From NCBI GenBank assembly GCA_016932875.1, contig JAFGBZ010000062.1, positions 1 through 33,556 of the forward strand: DNA of 33,556 nucleotides, written 5' to 3'. The position numbers were made by a program, and so were the translations under genes. Source of the stretch: Candidatus Iainarchaeum sp. (lineage in GTDB: Archaea; Iainarchaeota; Iainarchaeia; Iainarchaeales; JAFGBZ01). Shown one piece after another: positions 26,698 through 33,556 of this stretch; position 1 is the stretch's first letter; each line of letters begins with the position of its first letter. The notes under the pieces are model-generated. The model ran no database searches and was not told where the DNA came from. It worked only from the letters and a program-made list of their open reading frames with translations.

Positions 26698-28758
26698 ATG
26701 ATTAAATCCATTGAATTAACTAACTGGAAAAGCCATCAGCATTCTGTTTTAGAGTTTGAAAAAGGAACCAATGTATTAATTGGTGTTGCAGGAGCAGGAA
26801 AAAGCAGTGTAATGGATGCAATCTGTTATGCTTTATACGGGACTTTTCCTTCACTGAATTCAAAAAAAGTATCAATTTCTGAAGTGCTTATGAATAAGCC
26901 GATTAAAGCAGAAGAAGGAAAACTAAAGTTATGTTTTGAATACAATGAAAAAGAATATGAAATTGAAAGAACAATTTATTTGAAAGGCGTGAATCAAGCG
27001 AATTTAAGAGAATCAGGAAGAATTATTGCCGGCCCAAAGCCAAAAGAAGTAAATGAAAAAATAATTGATTTAATTAAAGTTGATTTTGATTTATTTTCAA
27101 GAGCAATTTACTCTGAACAAAATAATCTGGATTATTTTTTAAGAATGACTCCAATGCAGAGAAAACAAAAATTTGATGAACTACTGCAGATAAATAAATA
27201 TGAAGAAGCAAGAAGCAATTGCCTGACTGCAGTAAATAGATTAAAGAAAACAAATGAAGAAAGAATGAAATTAATTGAATCGCAAAAAAAAGCATTCAAT
27301 GAAAAAGAATTAAGCATGCTTGAAGAAAAAATAAAAGAAAAAGAAAAATTAATTAATGAAATTGAAAAAAATTCAGTTGAATTAAAGGAAAAAGAAAAAA
27401 CATTAAAGGAAAAAATGCAGAAAAACGAATTAAAGGAAAAAGAATTCAAGGAACTGAATAATGCAGTGAATTTAATTAAAGGGAAAACTGATTCAGCGGA
27501 AAAAGAATTAATGAAAGCAAAAAAAGAAGTAAATGAAAAAAATATTGATAAAATAAAAGAAGAAATGAATGAATTAATTAAAGTGCTTGAATTAATTCCT
27601 TTAAAGAAAAAAGAAATTGAAAAAAAATTGAATGAAAAAGAAGAAAAATATTCAATGAATTTAAAAGAATGCTCTGGAATTGAAGCAAAAGAAAAGCAAT
27701 TGCAGGAATCTAAAAATAAACTGCAGGAAATAGGGGCTGAATGCCCTTTATGCAGGAAACCCATGGAAATGCATTCAAAACAAGAATTAATGCAGGAAAT
27801 TGAAAAAGAAGCAGTAAAACTGAAACAGGAATTTGAATTAAAAGAAAAAGAACTGAAAAAAATAAGCGAAGAAAAAAAAGAATTAAAAAAAGAAATTGAA
27901 TTAATTTCAGAAAAAGAAAAAAAACTGATTGAAGAAAAATATGAACTGCAGGAAAAAATCAGTTCATTTAAATTAATGCAGGAAAAAGAAAAAGAAGTAA
28001 AGGAACTTGAAGAAAAGAAAAAAGAACTGATGAATGCGTTAAAGAAAACAGAATTCAATGAAAAGGAATTCAATGAATTAAAACAGGAATTTTATTCATT
28101 AAAAGAAAAAATTAATTCAAAGGAAAAAGAAATTTCAGGAGAAAAAGAATTAATTCAGGAAATGAATAAACGCATTAATGAAATGAATGAATTCAGGAAA
28201 TCATTCACTGAATTAGAATTAAAAGCAGTTCATTCAAAAGAAATGCAGGAAAAGCTTTCAGTTTTCATGAATTCATTAAAGCAGACTCAAAACGAATTAA
28301 GAGTTGTTTTAATTGATTCAATTAATTCAGCAATGGAAAGCATCTGGCCTCAGGTTTATCCTTACAAAGATTTTTCTTCAGCAAAAATAATTGTAAATGA
28401 AGGAGAATATGAAGTAATGGTGAAAAACAAGGAAAATGAATTCATTAGAGTTGAAGGAATTCTTTCAGGAGGAGAAAGAACTGCAGCAGCAATAACTTTA
28501 AGGATTGCTTTCTCGCTTGTATTAACTCAGAATTTAGGATGGATTATTTTAGATGAACCGACTCATAATTTAGATGAACGTTCAGTGAAAGAATTAGCAG
28601 TAATGCTGAAAAAACATCTGCCTGAAATAGTTGAACAGGTTTTTGTTATAACTCATGATAATGAAATGAAGAACGCTGCAACAGGAAAACTTTATTTACT
28701 GGAAAGAAAAAAAGAAGAATTTGAATCAACAAATATTATTGAAACAAATTTATTTTGA
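26698..28758 (+). CDS. rad50: DNA double-strand break repair ATPase Rad50
   Basis: Walker A GVAGAGKSS, Q-loop YSEQ, coiled coil with central Zn hook CPLC, signature LSGGE, Walker B ILDEPT and ITH. Confidence 0.9.
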   Translation: MIKSIELTNWKSHQHSVLEFEKGTNVLIGVAGAGKSSVMDAICYALYGTFPSLNSKKVSISEVLMNKPIKAEEGKLKLCFEYNEKEYEIERTIYLKGVNQANLRESGRIIAGPKPKEVNEKIIDLIKVDFDLFSRAIYSEQNNLDYFLRMTPMQRKQKFDELLQINKYEEARSNCLTAVNRLKKTNEERMKLIESQKKAFNEKELSMLEEKIKEKEKLINEIEKNSVELKEKEKTLKEKMQKNELKEKEFKELNNAVNLIKGKTDSAEKELMKAKKEVNEKNIDKIKEEMNELIKVLELIPLKKKEIEKKLNEKEEKYSMNLKECSGIEAKEKQLQESKNKLQEIGAECPLCRKPMEMHSKQELMQEIEKEAVKLKQEFELKEKELKKISEEKKELKKEIELISEKEKKLIEEKYELQEKISSFKLMQEKEKEVKELEEKKKELMNALKKTEFNEKEFNELKQEFYSLKEKINSKEKEISGEKELIQEMNKRINEMNEFRKSFTELELKAVHSKEMQEKLSVFMNSLKQTQNELRVVLIDSINSAMESIWPQVYPYKDFSSAKIIVNEGEYEVMVKNKENEFIRVEGILSGGERTAAAITLRIAFSLVLTQNLGWIILDEPTHNLDERSVKELAVMLKKHLPEIVEQVFVITHDNEMKNAATGKLYLLERKKEEFESTNIIETNLF

Positions 28759-28947
28759 TTCTGCTGCACTTACTGTGCGGGTAATAAATCCTGCAACAAG
28801 ATTTCTTGTTGTTTTATCAAAAGGTAAATCCAGTGAATCAACAACTCTTTTGTTTGCATCAAAATTTTCTTTAACAAACTTGTCTTTATATCTTTCAAGC
28901 AATTCAGCTGAAATCATTTTAATTCTTCTTGGAACAGCTTTGCCCAT
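28750..28947 (-). CDS. rps17e: 30S ribosomal protein S17e
   Basis: MG....IK..S.EL..Y...F...F..NK..V.......RN.VAGFITR pattern. Confidence 0.92.
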   Translation of the reverse strand: MGKAVPRRIKMISAELLERYKDKFVKENFDANKRVVDSLDLPFDKTTRNLVAGFITRTVSAAESK

Positions 28948-29160
28948 TTAATTCACCTCAACAATCTCTGATTTTCCATTAGGAAAAGCCCTGATTACAT
29001 TAATTGGAAGGACTTTCTGATCAAATTCAATTTTAGCAATATCAGTTGGAGAAGAATCCTTTGAATATTTTACCAAAGGAGGCGCTCCCAATGAAATTTG
29101 TAATGCTCTAGCGCTAATCAAGCGAGTTACTTCAAAAATACTTAATTTTTCCAAATTCAC
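28948..29160 (-). CDS. rpoK: DNA-directed RNA polymerase subunit K (Rpo6)
   Basis: FE.TRLISARALQISLGAP.LV and IA..EF....LPI.V.R. GTG start. Confidence 0.94.
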   Translation of the reverse strand: MNLEKLSIFEVTRLISARALQISLGAPPLVKYSKDSSPTDIAKIEFDQKVLPINVIRAFPNGKSEIVEVN

Positions 29161-29218
29161 ACCTTAAATAATTAACAATACTTATGATTCTTTTCAAGGA
29201 AAAATTAATAAATGAACA

Positions 29219-30727
29219 CTAAACAGCACATGAGCTCCATTCGGAAACAATTTTAGGAGAAGGAAACCCTGATTTAAGGGAAAAATCCCTTAAAATGCTT
29301 AAAGGGAACTTTGCCTGAACTAATGCCTTTTCAGGGGAACAGAACAGTATTCTGGCTCCATTGCTTGCAAGATTTTCCTTAAATTCATTCAGTATAAGGT
29401 TTTGCAGAGAATCAATTGATTCAGCTAAAACACCTGAATAAAAACGGGAAAAAGGAGACATTAAATGAAAAGGAATTCCTTCAAGCAAAGAATCAATTGA
29501 AAACTGCAAAAAATTAAGGAAAGCAAATTCAGGAGAAACACTTAATTCTTTTTCATAATTTAATGCAAAAGAATCAATAAATTTTTTATTAAATGAAGAA
29601 ATTAATTTCTCGGATTCATTCAATAAAGAAATTAATTCAGCAAATGAACTGGAAATAAAAGAATTTTTTTTAGTGCAATTCCAGATTAATTTAGAGGAAT
29701 CAAAAATTATTTTTACTTTTTTTTCCTTCAATAAATTTAAAGCATCAGGAAGCGGGATTAATGCTCTTTCTTCGCGCATAAAAGGGCCTAAAGGAGGAAA
29801 CTCTAATCCCCATTCTGCCTGATGTTTTTTTCTTGCGTGCATTAAAGGGTTTGATTTATGAAAAGAAGAAGCAAAACTTGGATTAAAAGAAGAAAACATT
29901 AATCCATCAGAAAGAAATTCAACTTCAATTAATGAATTAGGCAAAAGATTTGAATTATTCAATGAACTTGGCTTGCAGCAATTGCAATTAATTGAATCAA
30001 ACCCTAAATTATGAAATTCTTTAAGGAAAAGACTGCTCCAAAGCTGATTGAAATTCATTTCACATAAATTATTTTTAATCACATCAATTTTTTCGCGTTT
30101 AACAGGAAGAAAATCAGATTCAATTCTTTCAGGAAAAGAAAAACTGTTTTCAAAAAAAGAATTCTGCAAAAAAACCTCGCAGGCAATAAATTTTTCAGTT
30201 GAAACAATTGAAGGAGAAATTTTTAAAATTTTGCTTAAAGAAATGCGGTGCAGTAATTCACGCGCACTCTTAGGGCTTGAAGAAAGCATTTCTCTTAAAA
30301 GAGAATTCAATGGAACTGAATCAAGCATTATTTCAGGAAAAGAAACAGAAGAAATTTTTTCAGGAAATTTATTCATAAAAATAAATTCATCAAAATAACT
30401 CCATTTTTTTGAAATAAGAAACTGTCTTTCAGGTTCAATCAATAAAACAGAATCAATTCCAAATAAAGCAGAAAAATTCTTTAAAGCAGAAAAATTCACT
30501 GCAGTGATTTTCAAAGAATTTTTTTCTTCATTCAATGAAATCTGTTTTTTGAATTTATTTGAAATTAATTCAAATGCTTTGGTTTTCAGAGTTAAAGGAA
30601 TAAATGCATAAGGAAAAAACTGTTCACGGTAAATTTTTCCACTGCATCCATTATGAAACTGGCATGCTATTTCCTTTTTTTCTTCTGAATAGAGAACTTT
30701 AACTAAAAATGCTCTTGGGGGAGACAT
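29219..30727 (-). CDS. Catalytically inactivated, truncated family B DNA polymerase (PolB2-like)
   Basis: N-terminal FFPYAF and EPERQFLI. Motif A remnant EMNFNQLWSSL....HNLGFDSINCNCC, WNCTKK.SFI, motif B remnant (SRFY....AESI) and motif C remnant GARILFCSPEKALV. Confidence 0.72.
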   Translation of the reverse strand: MSPPRAFLVKVLYSEEKKEIACQFHNGCSGKIYREQFFPYAFIPLTLKTKAFELISNKFKKQISLNEEKNSLKITAVNFSALKNFSALFGIDSVLLIEPERQFLISKKWSYFDEFIFMNKFPEKISSVSFPEIMLDSVPLNSLLREMLSSSPKSARELLHRISLSKILKISPSIVSTEKFIACEVFLQNSFFENSFSFPERIESDFLPVKREKIDVIKNNLCEMNFNQLWSSLFLKEFHNLGFDSINCNCCKPSSLNNSNLLPNSLIEVEFLSDGLMFSSFNPSFASSFHKSNPLMHARKKHQAEWGLEFPPLGPFMREERALIPLPDALNLLKEKKVKIIFDSSKLIWNCTKKNSFISSSFAELISLLNESEKLISSFNKKFIDSFALNYEKELSVSPEFAFLNFLQFSIDSLLEGIPFHLMSPFSRFYSGVLAESIDSLQNLILNEFKENLASNGARILFCSPEKALVQAKFPLSILRDFSLKSGFPSPKIVSEWSSCAV

Positions 30728-30749
30728 AATAATAAAGAAAAATCCGGAA

Positions 30750-30784
30750 TTTAAAAAGCATCGGAAGGAGTAGATTGCCGGTGC
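30750..30784 (-). promoter_or_regulatory. Promoter with shared upstream motif, copy 2 (PolB2-like gene)
   Basis: Minus strand GCACCGGCAA (30784-30775)-N7-CTTCC-N5-TTTTTAAA (30757-30750)-N22-ATG 30727. Confidence 0.75.
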
Positions 30785-31006
30785 CAGAAATGCATTAAAA
30801 TGCCTTAAAAAGGCAAAAATAAAGGTTAAAGGAATGCTTAAATAACTAATACCACGGAATATGGTTAGCTGATGGAGGCAAAGTTCAGAGGGCTTTGATT
30901 ATCAGCATTAAATCAAAAACAAACCTGCTTTTCCAAAAAAAAATTTTAAAAATTGTTTAACCTAATTAATACCTCTAAAAAAAGAAAAAAAATAAGGGGG
31001 AATATT

Positions 31007-31093
31007 ATGGCTCAAAAAAGGAAAAAAAGAGAAGAAGATGAATCTGAAAGAGAAGATTTTGAAGAAGAAAAATACGAAGAAGATGAATACTAA
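31007..31093 (+). CDS. 28-aa basic/acidic micro-protein
   Basis: MAQKRKKREEDESEREDFEEEKYEEDEY*. Strong AGGGGG Shine-Dalgarno at 30995-31000 and GAA-rich codon usage as in neighbouring genes. Confidence 0.6.
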   Translation: MAQKRKKREEDESEREDFEEEKYEEDEY

Positions 31094-31106
31094 AAAAGGG
31101 AATTAA

Positions 31107-31262
31107 ATGAATGCAGATAAATACGCTAAATGGAATCCACCGAAAACAAAAACATATAAATGCATGAACTGCGGAAAAGAAATAGCTTCAACAGAACAAG
31201 GAAATCCGTTAAGCAAAAGATTTTGTTCAGAAAAATGCAGACAAGAATATCTCACAGAATAA
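31107..31262 (+). CDS. 51-aa TRASH/FCS-type zinc-finger protein
   Basis: MNADKYAKWNPPKTKTYKCMNCGKEIASTEQGNPLSKRFCSEKCRQEYLTE*. CxxC...FCSxxC motif and AAGGG Shine-Dalgarno. Confidence 0.82.
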   Translation: MNADKYAKWNPPKTKTYKCMNCGKEIASTEQGNPLSKRFCSEKCRQEYLTE

Positions 31263-31277
31263 AATTACTATTTTTTT

Positions 31278-31309
31278 AAGGGAAGAAATTCCCTTCACTT
31301 TTTATTTTT
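31278..31309 (+). terminator. Hairpin plus T tract after the small-ORF pair
   Basis: AAGGGAA-GAAA-TTCCCTT (31278-31295) followed by CACTTTTTATTTTT. Confidence 0.55.
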
Positions 31310-31340
31310 CACTTTTCAAAATTAATAATATTTAATTAAA

Positions 31341-31435
31341 TTACAAAAAATCTTCTGCTTCAGCCGTCCCGTCGGCTGGCGGACGGAGCACGCCTTCAGC
31401 AGTGCAGAATCAATTCACAGAAAATCTTCTGCTTC
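31341..31435 (-). repeat. GC-rich hairpin element (family A, copy 2) flanked by a 21-nt near-perfect direct repeat of the herA 3' end
   Basis: Minus strand GAAGCAGAAGATTTTCTGTGA (31435-31415) and GAAGCAGAAGATTTTTTGTAA (31361-31341). The core shares 24 of 25 nt with 26591-26615. Confidence 0.85.
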
Positions 31436-32956
31436 TTTTACTGCTTCATCTTTGTTTTCTTCAAATCTTTTTGCTTCATCTTCTAAAGTAACTGAATGCC
31501 TTGATTCAGGAGAATTTCTTTTTCTTACACTGAAAAAAAGAGGATAATTAACTCCTTCACCAATAATTAATGCTTCTCCAACTCTTAAAGAAGTAATCAT
31601 GTCTTTTGAATTTGAATCAATTCCTTCAGCGCTTTTACCAATATGATCCAAATCATAAGGATTAGTAATTCGTAAAATAATGTTTGTATTACACTGGCTT
31701 AAAGCAGTAGCACTTAATTTAATCGGACGCTGAGAAATTAAACACAATGAAGCGCCAAACTTTCTTCCTTCTCTTGCAATTGTTTCAATAATGCTTCTGC
31801 AAATTGCATTCTCATAAGAAGCACCTTCAGGAACAAACTGATGAGCTTCCTCTAAAACCAATAAATAAGGAGGAACTGTTTTTTTTCTGCGTTCATTAAA
31901 TAATTTTGAAGCAAAAAAAGTAACTAAAATCTGTTTCTTGCGTAAATCAATTATATCACTTAAATCAACTACAACTAAATGCCCTGGCTTAATTAAATCA
32001 ATAACTGAAACAGAATCAGTTTTAGAAAATAAACCAAGAGCATGAAGTGAATCAATCCAAGAAATTAAAGCGCTTTTGGTTTTATCATTCATTTCATCAT
32101 CTTTAAATAATTCTGATTTAACTGAATGAAAATCAAATGGCCCTAATCCTTCCTTCATTTCTTTTTTAAGTTTTAAAATCACTTTATCTAATTCACGGAA
32201 CTGTTGCGCAGAAATATTAGGCAGAAAAGAAGCAATCATTCCAGGAGAAAGATTTGAAACACCTATTTTGAAATCTCTTCCATTAATAATTCTGGTTTGA
32301 GTTGAATAATCTTTTTCACCTTTTTCAGGTTTTAAAGCAAAAGAACTGTATTCACCATGAACATCTAAAATAATTGTTGCAATTCTTCCGGCATCTTTTT
32401 TTCTGGAAAGAATTTCCTCTAATAAAACACTCATACAATAACTTTTTCCTGCACCACTCATTGCAAGCAAAGCCAAATGCTTTTGAAGCAGTTTAGTTAA
32501 ATTTAATTTCACTGGAATTTCATGAAAAGGAACTTCTCCTAACAATAAACCGTTTTCTTTATCAAAACCTAAAAATTTTTCCAATATTTTTTCATCAGCA
32601 ATTTTAACTTTATCTCCAGGACTTGGAGGAAAAGTAGGACGCTTAAGCATTCCATTAGAATACACTCCTAAAGGCCTTGTTTGTGCAACCAAATATTCCC
32701 ATTCTTCTGCAGGAAAAGAATCAAATAATTTTCTTCCCTGAGATTCAAATTCTTTTACTGCCTCGCTTCTTTCAAAATAACGATTTGATTTCACTAAATT
32801 AACAACCAAAGCAACAAGAATTCCTTCAGCATAATTAATTTCAACAAACTGTCCGCGATGAACTTTTCCTTTACTTACAACAAAATCCAAAGCACTTGGA
32901 CTTGGCCCTAAAGGACTTGAAACAACTGTACCAATTTCTTCAATCAAAAAAATCAC
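31415..32956 (-). CDS. herA: HerA helicase/translocase (FtsK-HerA family, N-terminal HAS barrel)
   Basis: IGTVVS...F.V...V..GQFV barrel. Motifs HLALLAMSGAGKSY, D.HGEY, LEEAHQF.P, IAREGRKFG and ISQRP..L....LSQCNT. Confidence 0.88.
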   Translation of the reverse strand: MIFLIEEIGTVVSSPLGPSPSALDFVVSKGKVHRGQFVEINYAEGILVALVVNLVKSNRYFERSEAVKEFESQGRKLFDSFPAEEWEYLVAQTRPLGVYSNGMLKRPTFPPSPGDKVKIADEKILEKFLGFDKENGLLLGEVPFHEIPVKLNLTKLLQKHLALLAMSGAGKSYCMSVLLEEILSRKKDAGRIATIILDVHGEYSSFALKPEKGEKDYSTQTRIINGRDFKIGVSNLSPGMIASFLPNISAQQFRELDKVILKLKKEMKEGLGPFDFHSVKSELFKDDEMNDKTKSALISWIDSLHALGLFSKTDSVSVIDLIKPGHLVVVDLSDIIDLRKKQILVTFFASKLFNERRKKTVPPYLLVLEEAHQFVPEGASYENAICRSIIETIAREGRKFGASLCLISQRPIKLSATALSQCNTNIILRITNPYDLDHIGKSAEGIDSNSKDMITSLRVGEALIIGEGVNYPLFFSVRKRNSPESRHSVTLEDEAKRFEENKDEAVKEAEDFL

Positions 32957-33159
32957 TTTAATTTTTCATTTAAATTTTTTTTAAAATTATTAATAAACTT
33001 ATAATCGCCTTCCAATACAATTCCAGAATAACCACAATCCATGCAGTTATGCAACTGCCCAAAAGGATAACCTTGTGCATTAAATACATGCTTTAAATTA
33101 ACTGAACTGCATTTAGGGCAAAACAAAAAAACTTTTTCAGAATTACTTTTTTCCTTCAC
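32953..33159 (-). CDS. Small Zn-ribbon protein, paralogue 2
   Basis: FCPKCSS...CMDCGYSG..EGDYKFIN.FK.NL. GTG start overlapping the upstream gene. Confidence 0.75.
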   Translation of the reverse strand: MKEKSNSEKVFLFCPKCSSVNLKHVFNAQGYPFGQLHNCMDCGYSGIVLEGDYKFINNFKKNLNEKLK

Positions 33160-33328
33160 TTAAATTCCTCTTAAATTCATTAATAAACTTATAATCTCCT
33201 TCCATTGCAAAACCAGTAAAACCGCATTTCTTGCATTTAAACTGTCCTGATTGAAAACCAATAAATTCTTCTAATTCAGTTGAACCGCATCTCGGACAAA
33301 ACCTTGAAACAGGAAGTTTAGGCTCCAT
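33143..33328 (-). CDS. Small Zn-ribbon protein, paralogue 1
   Basis: FCPRCGS...CKKCGFTG..EGDYKFIN.FK.NL. Confidence 0.8.
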   Translation of the reverse strand: MEPKLPVSRFCPRCGSTELEEFIGFQSGQFKCKKCGFTGFAMEGDYKFINEFKRNLSEGKK

Positions 33329-33351
33329 GAAAAAGAAATGAATGAAAGTAA

Positions 33352-33384
33352 TTTAAAAAGATTTAGGAAGCACTTTGCCGGTGC
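33352..33384 (-). promoter_or_regulatory. Promoter with shared upstream motif, copy 3 (Zn-ribbon/Zn-ribbon/herA operon)
   Basis: Minus strand GCACCGGCAA (33384-33375)-N4-CTTCC-N6-TTTTTAAA (33359-33352)-N23-ATG 33328. Confidence 0.75.
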
Positions 33385-33386
33385 CA

Positions 33387-33453
33387 AGCTTTCTTTTTAG
33401 AAAAAAGAAAGCTGTGTTCGCAAAGAAAAAATGAATTTCGCAAGCGAAATTCA
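33387..33453 (+). repeat. AT-rich double-hairpin element (family B, copy 2)
   Basis: AGCTTTCTTTTT-AGA-AAAAAGAAAGCT, 18-nt spacer GTGTTCGC..., then TGAATTTCG-CAAG-CGAAATTCA. Confidence 0.7.
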
Positions 33454-33556
33454 AAAGAAACCAAATCGATTTAAATTAATTTAGCAAATAAAAATAAATA
33501 TTGAATGTGAAAGCTTCCACCTACTAACTGAAAAAATTTGTTAAGCCAAACCCATT

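Noticed and set aside
27003-27035. Degenerate copy of the promoter architecture inside rad50: TTTAAGAG-N5-GGAAG-N5-TTGCCGGCCC, which would fire antisense
   Set aside because: Only 8 of 10 matches to the box, a poor TATA, and it lies in coding sequence (NLRESGRIIAGP). Treated as chance unless antisense RNA starting near 26980 is found.
27240-28260. Low-complexity GAA/AAA repeats in rad50
   Set aside because: Explained by the Glu/Lys-rich coiled coil, not a DNA repeat element.
30845-30906. Resemblance to a purine riboswitch (AATATGG loop) or fluoride riboswitch (GATGGAG)
   Set aside because: The required downstream conserved elements (TTTCTACC, or the CTRATGRC-type pseudoknot partner) are not present.
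33470-33556. Possible 3' end of a minus-strand gene entering from the right edge (…NGFGLTNFFS* or an alternative frame)
   Set aside because: Too short to choose a frame or assign a product.

Overview
AT-rich archaeal chromosomal segment. Marker genes include archaeal class I CCA-adding enzyme, aEF-1beta, S17e, Rpo6, pelota, ABCE1, Elp3, Taw3, Rad50 and HerA. Compact, often leaderless organisation suggests a DPANN lineage such as Iainarchaeota/Diapherotrites (inference only). It holds about 32 CDS and four tRNAs: all three Gly isoacceptors plus Arg-UCG. The most interesting signals are non-coding. (1) A 10-bp motif GCACCGGCAA lies 56-57 nt upstream of the ATG and just upstream of a TTTTTAAA TATA box in three unrelated promoters: an HTH-LAGLIDADG gene, a catalytically dead PolB2-like gene and a Zn-finger/HerA operon. 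This is a candidate DNA-damage-type regulon. (2) A chain of three stop-start-coupled mini-ORFs, two with a Trp codon, overlies a long hairpin in the leader of trpB2. This is a candidate archaeal attenuator. (3) A family of short GC-rich covarying hairpin elements occurs three times; two copies are flanked by 21-nt duplications of the last 7 codons of the adjacent gene. (4) A second, AT-rich double-hairpin repeat family is present. All functional calls rest on motif recognition by eye; no database search was run.
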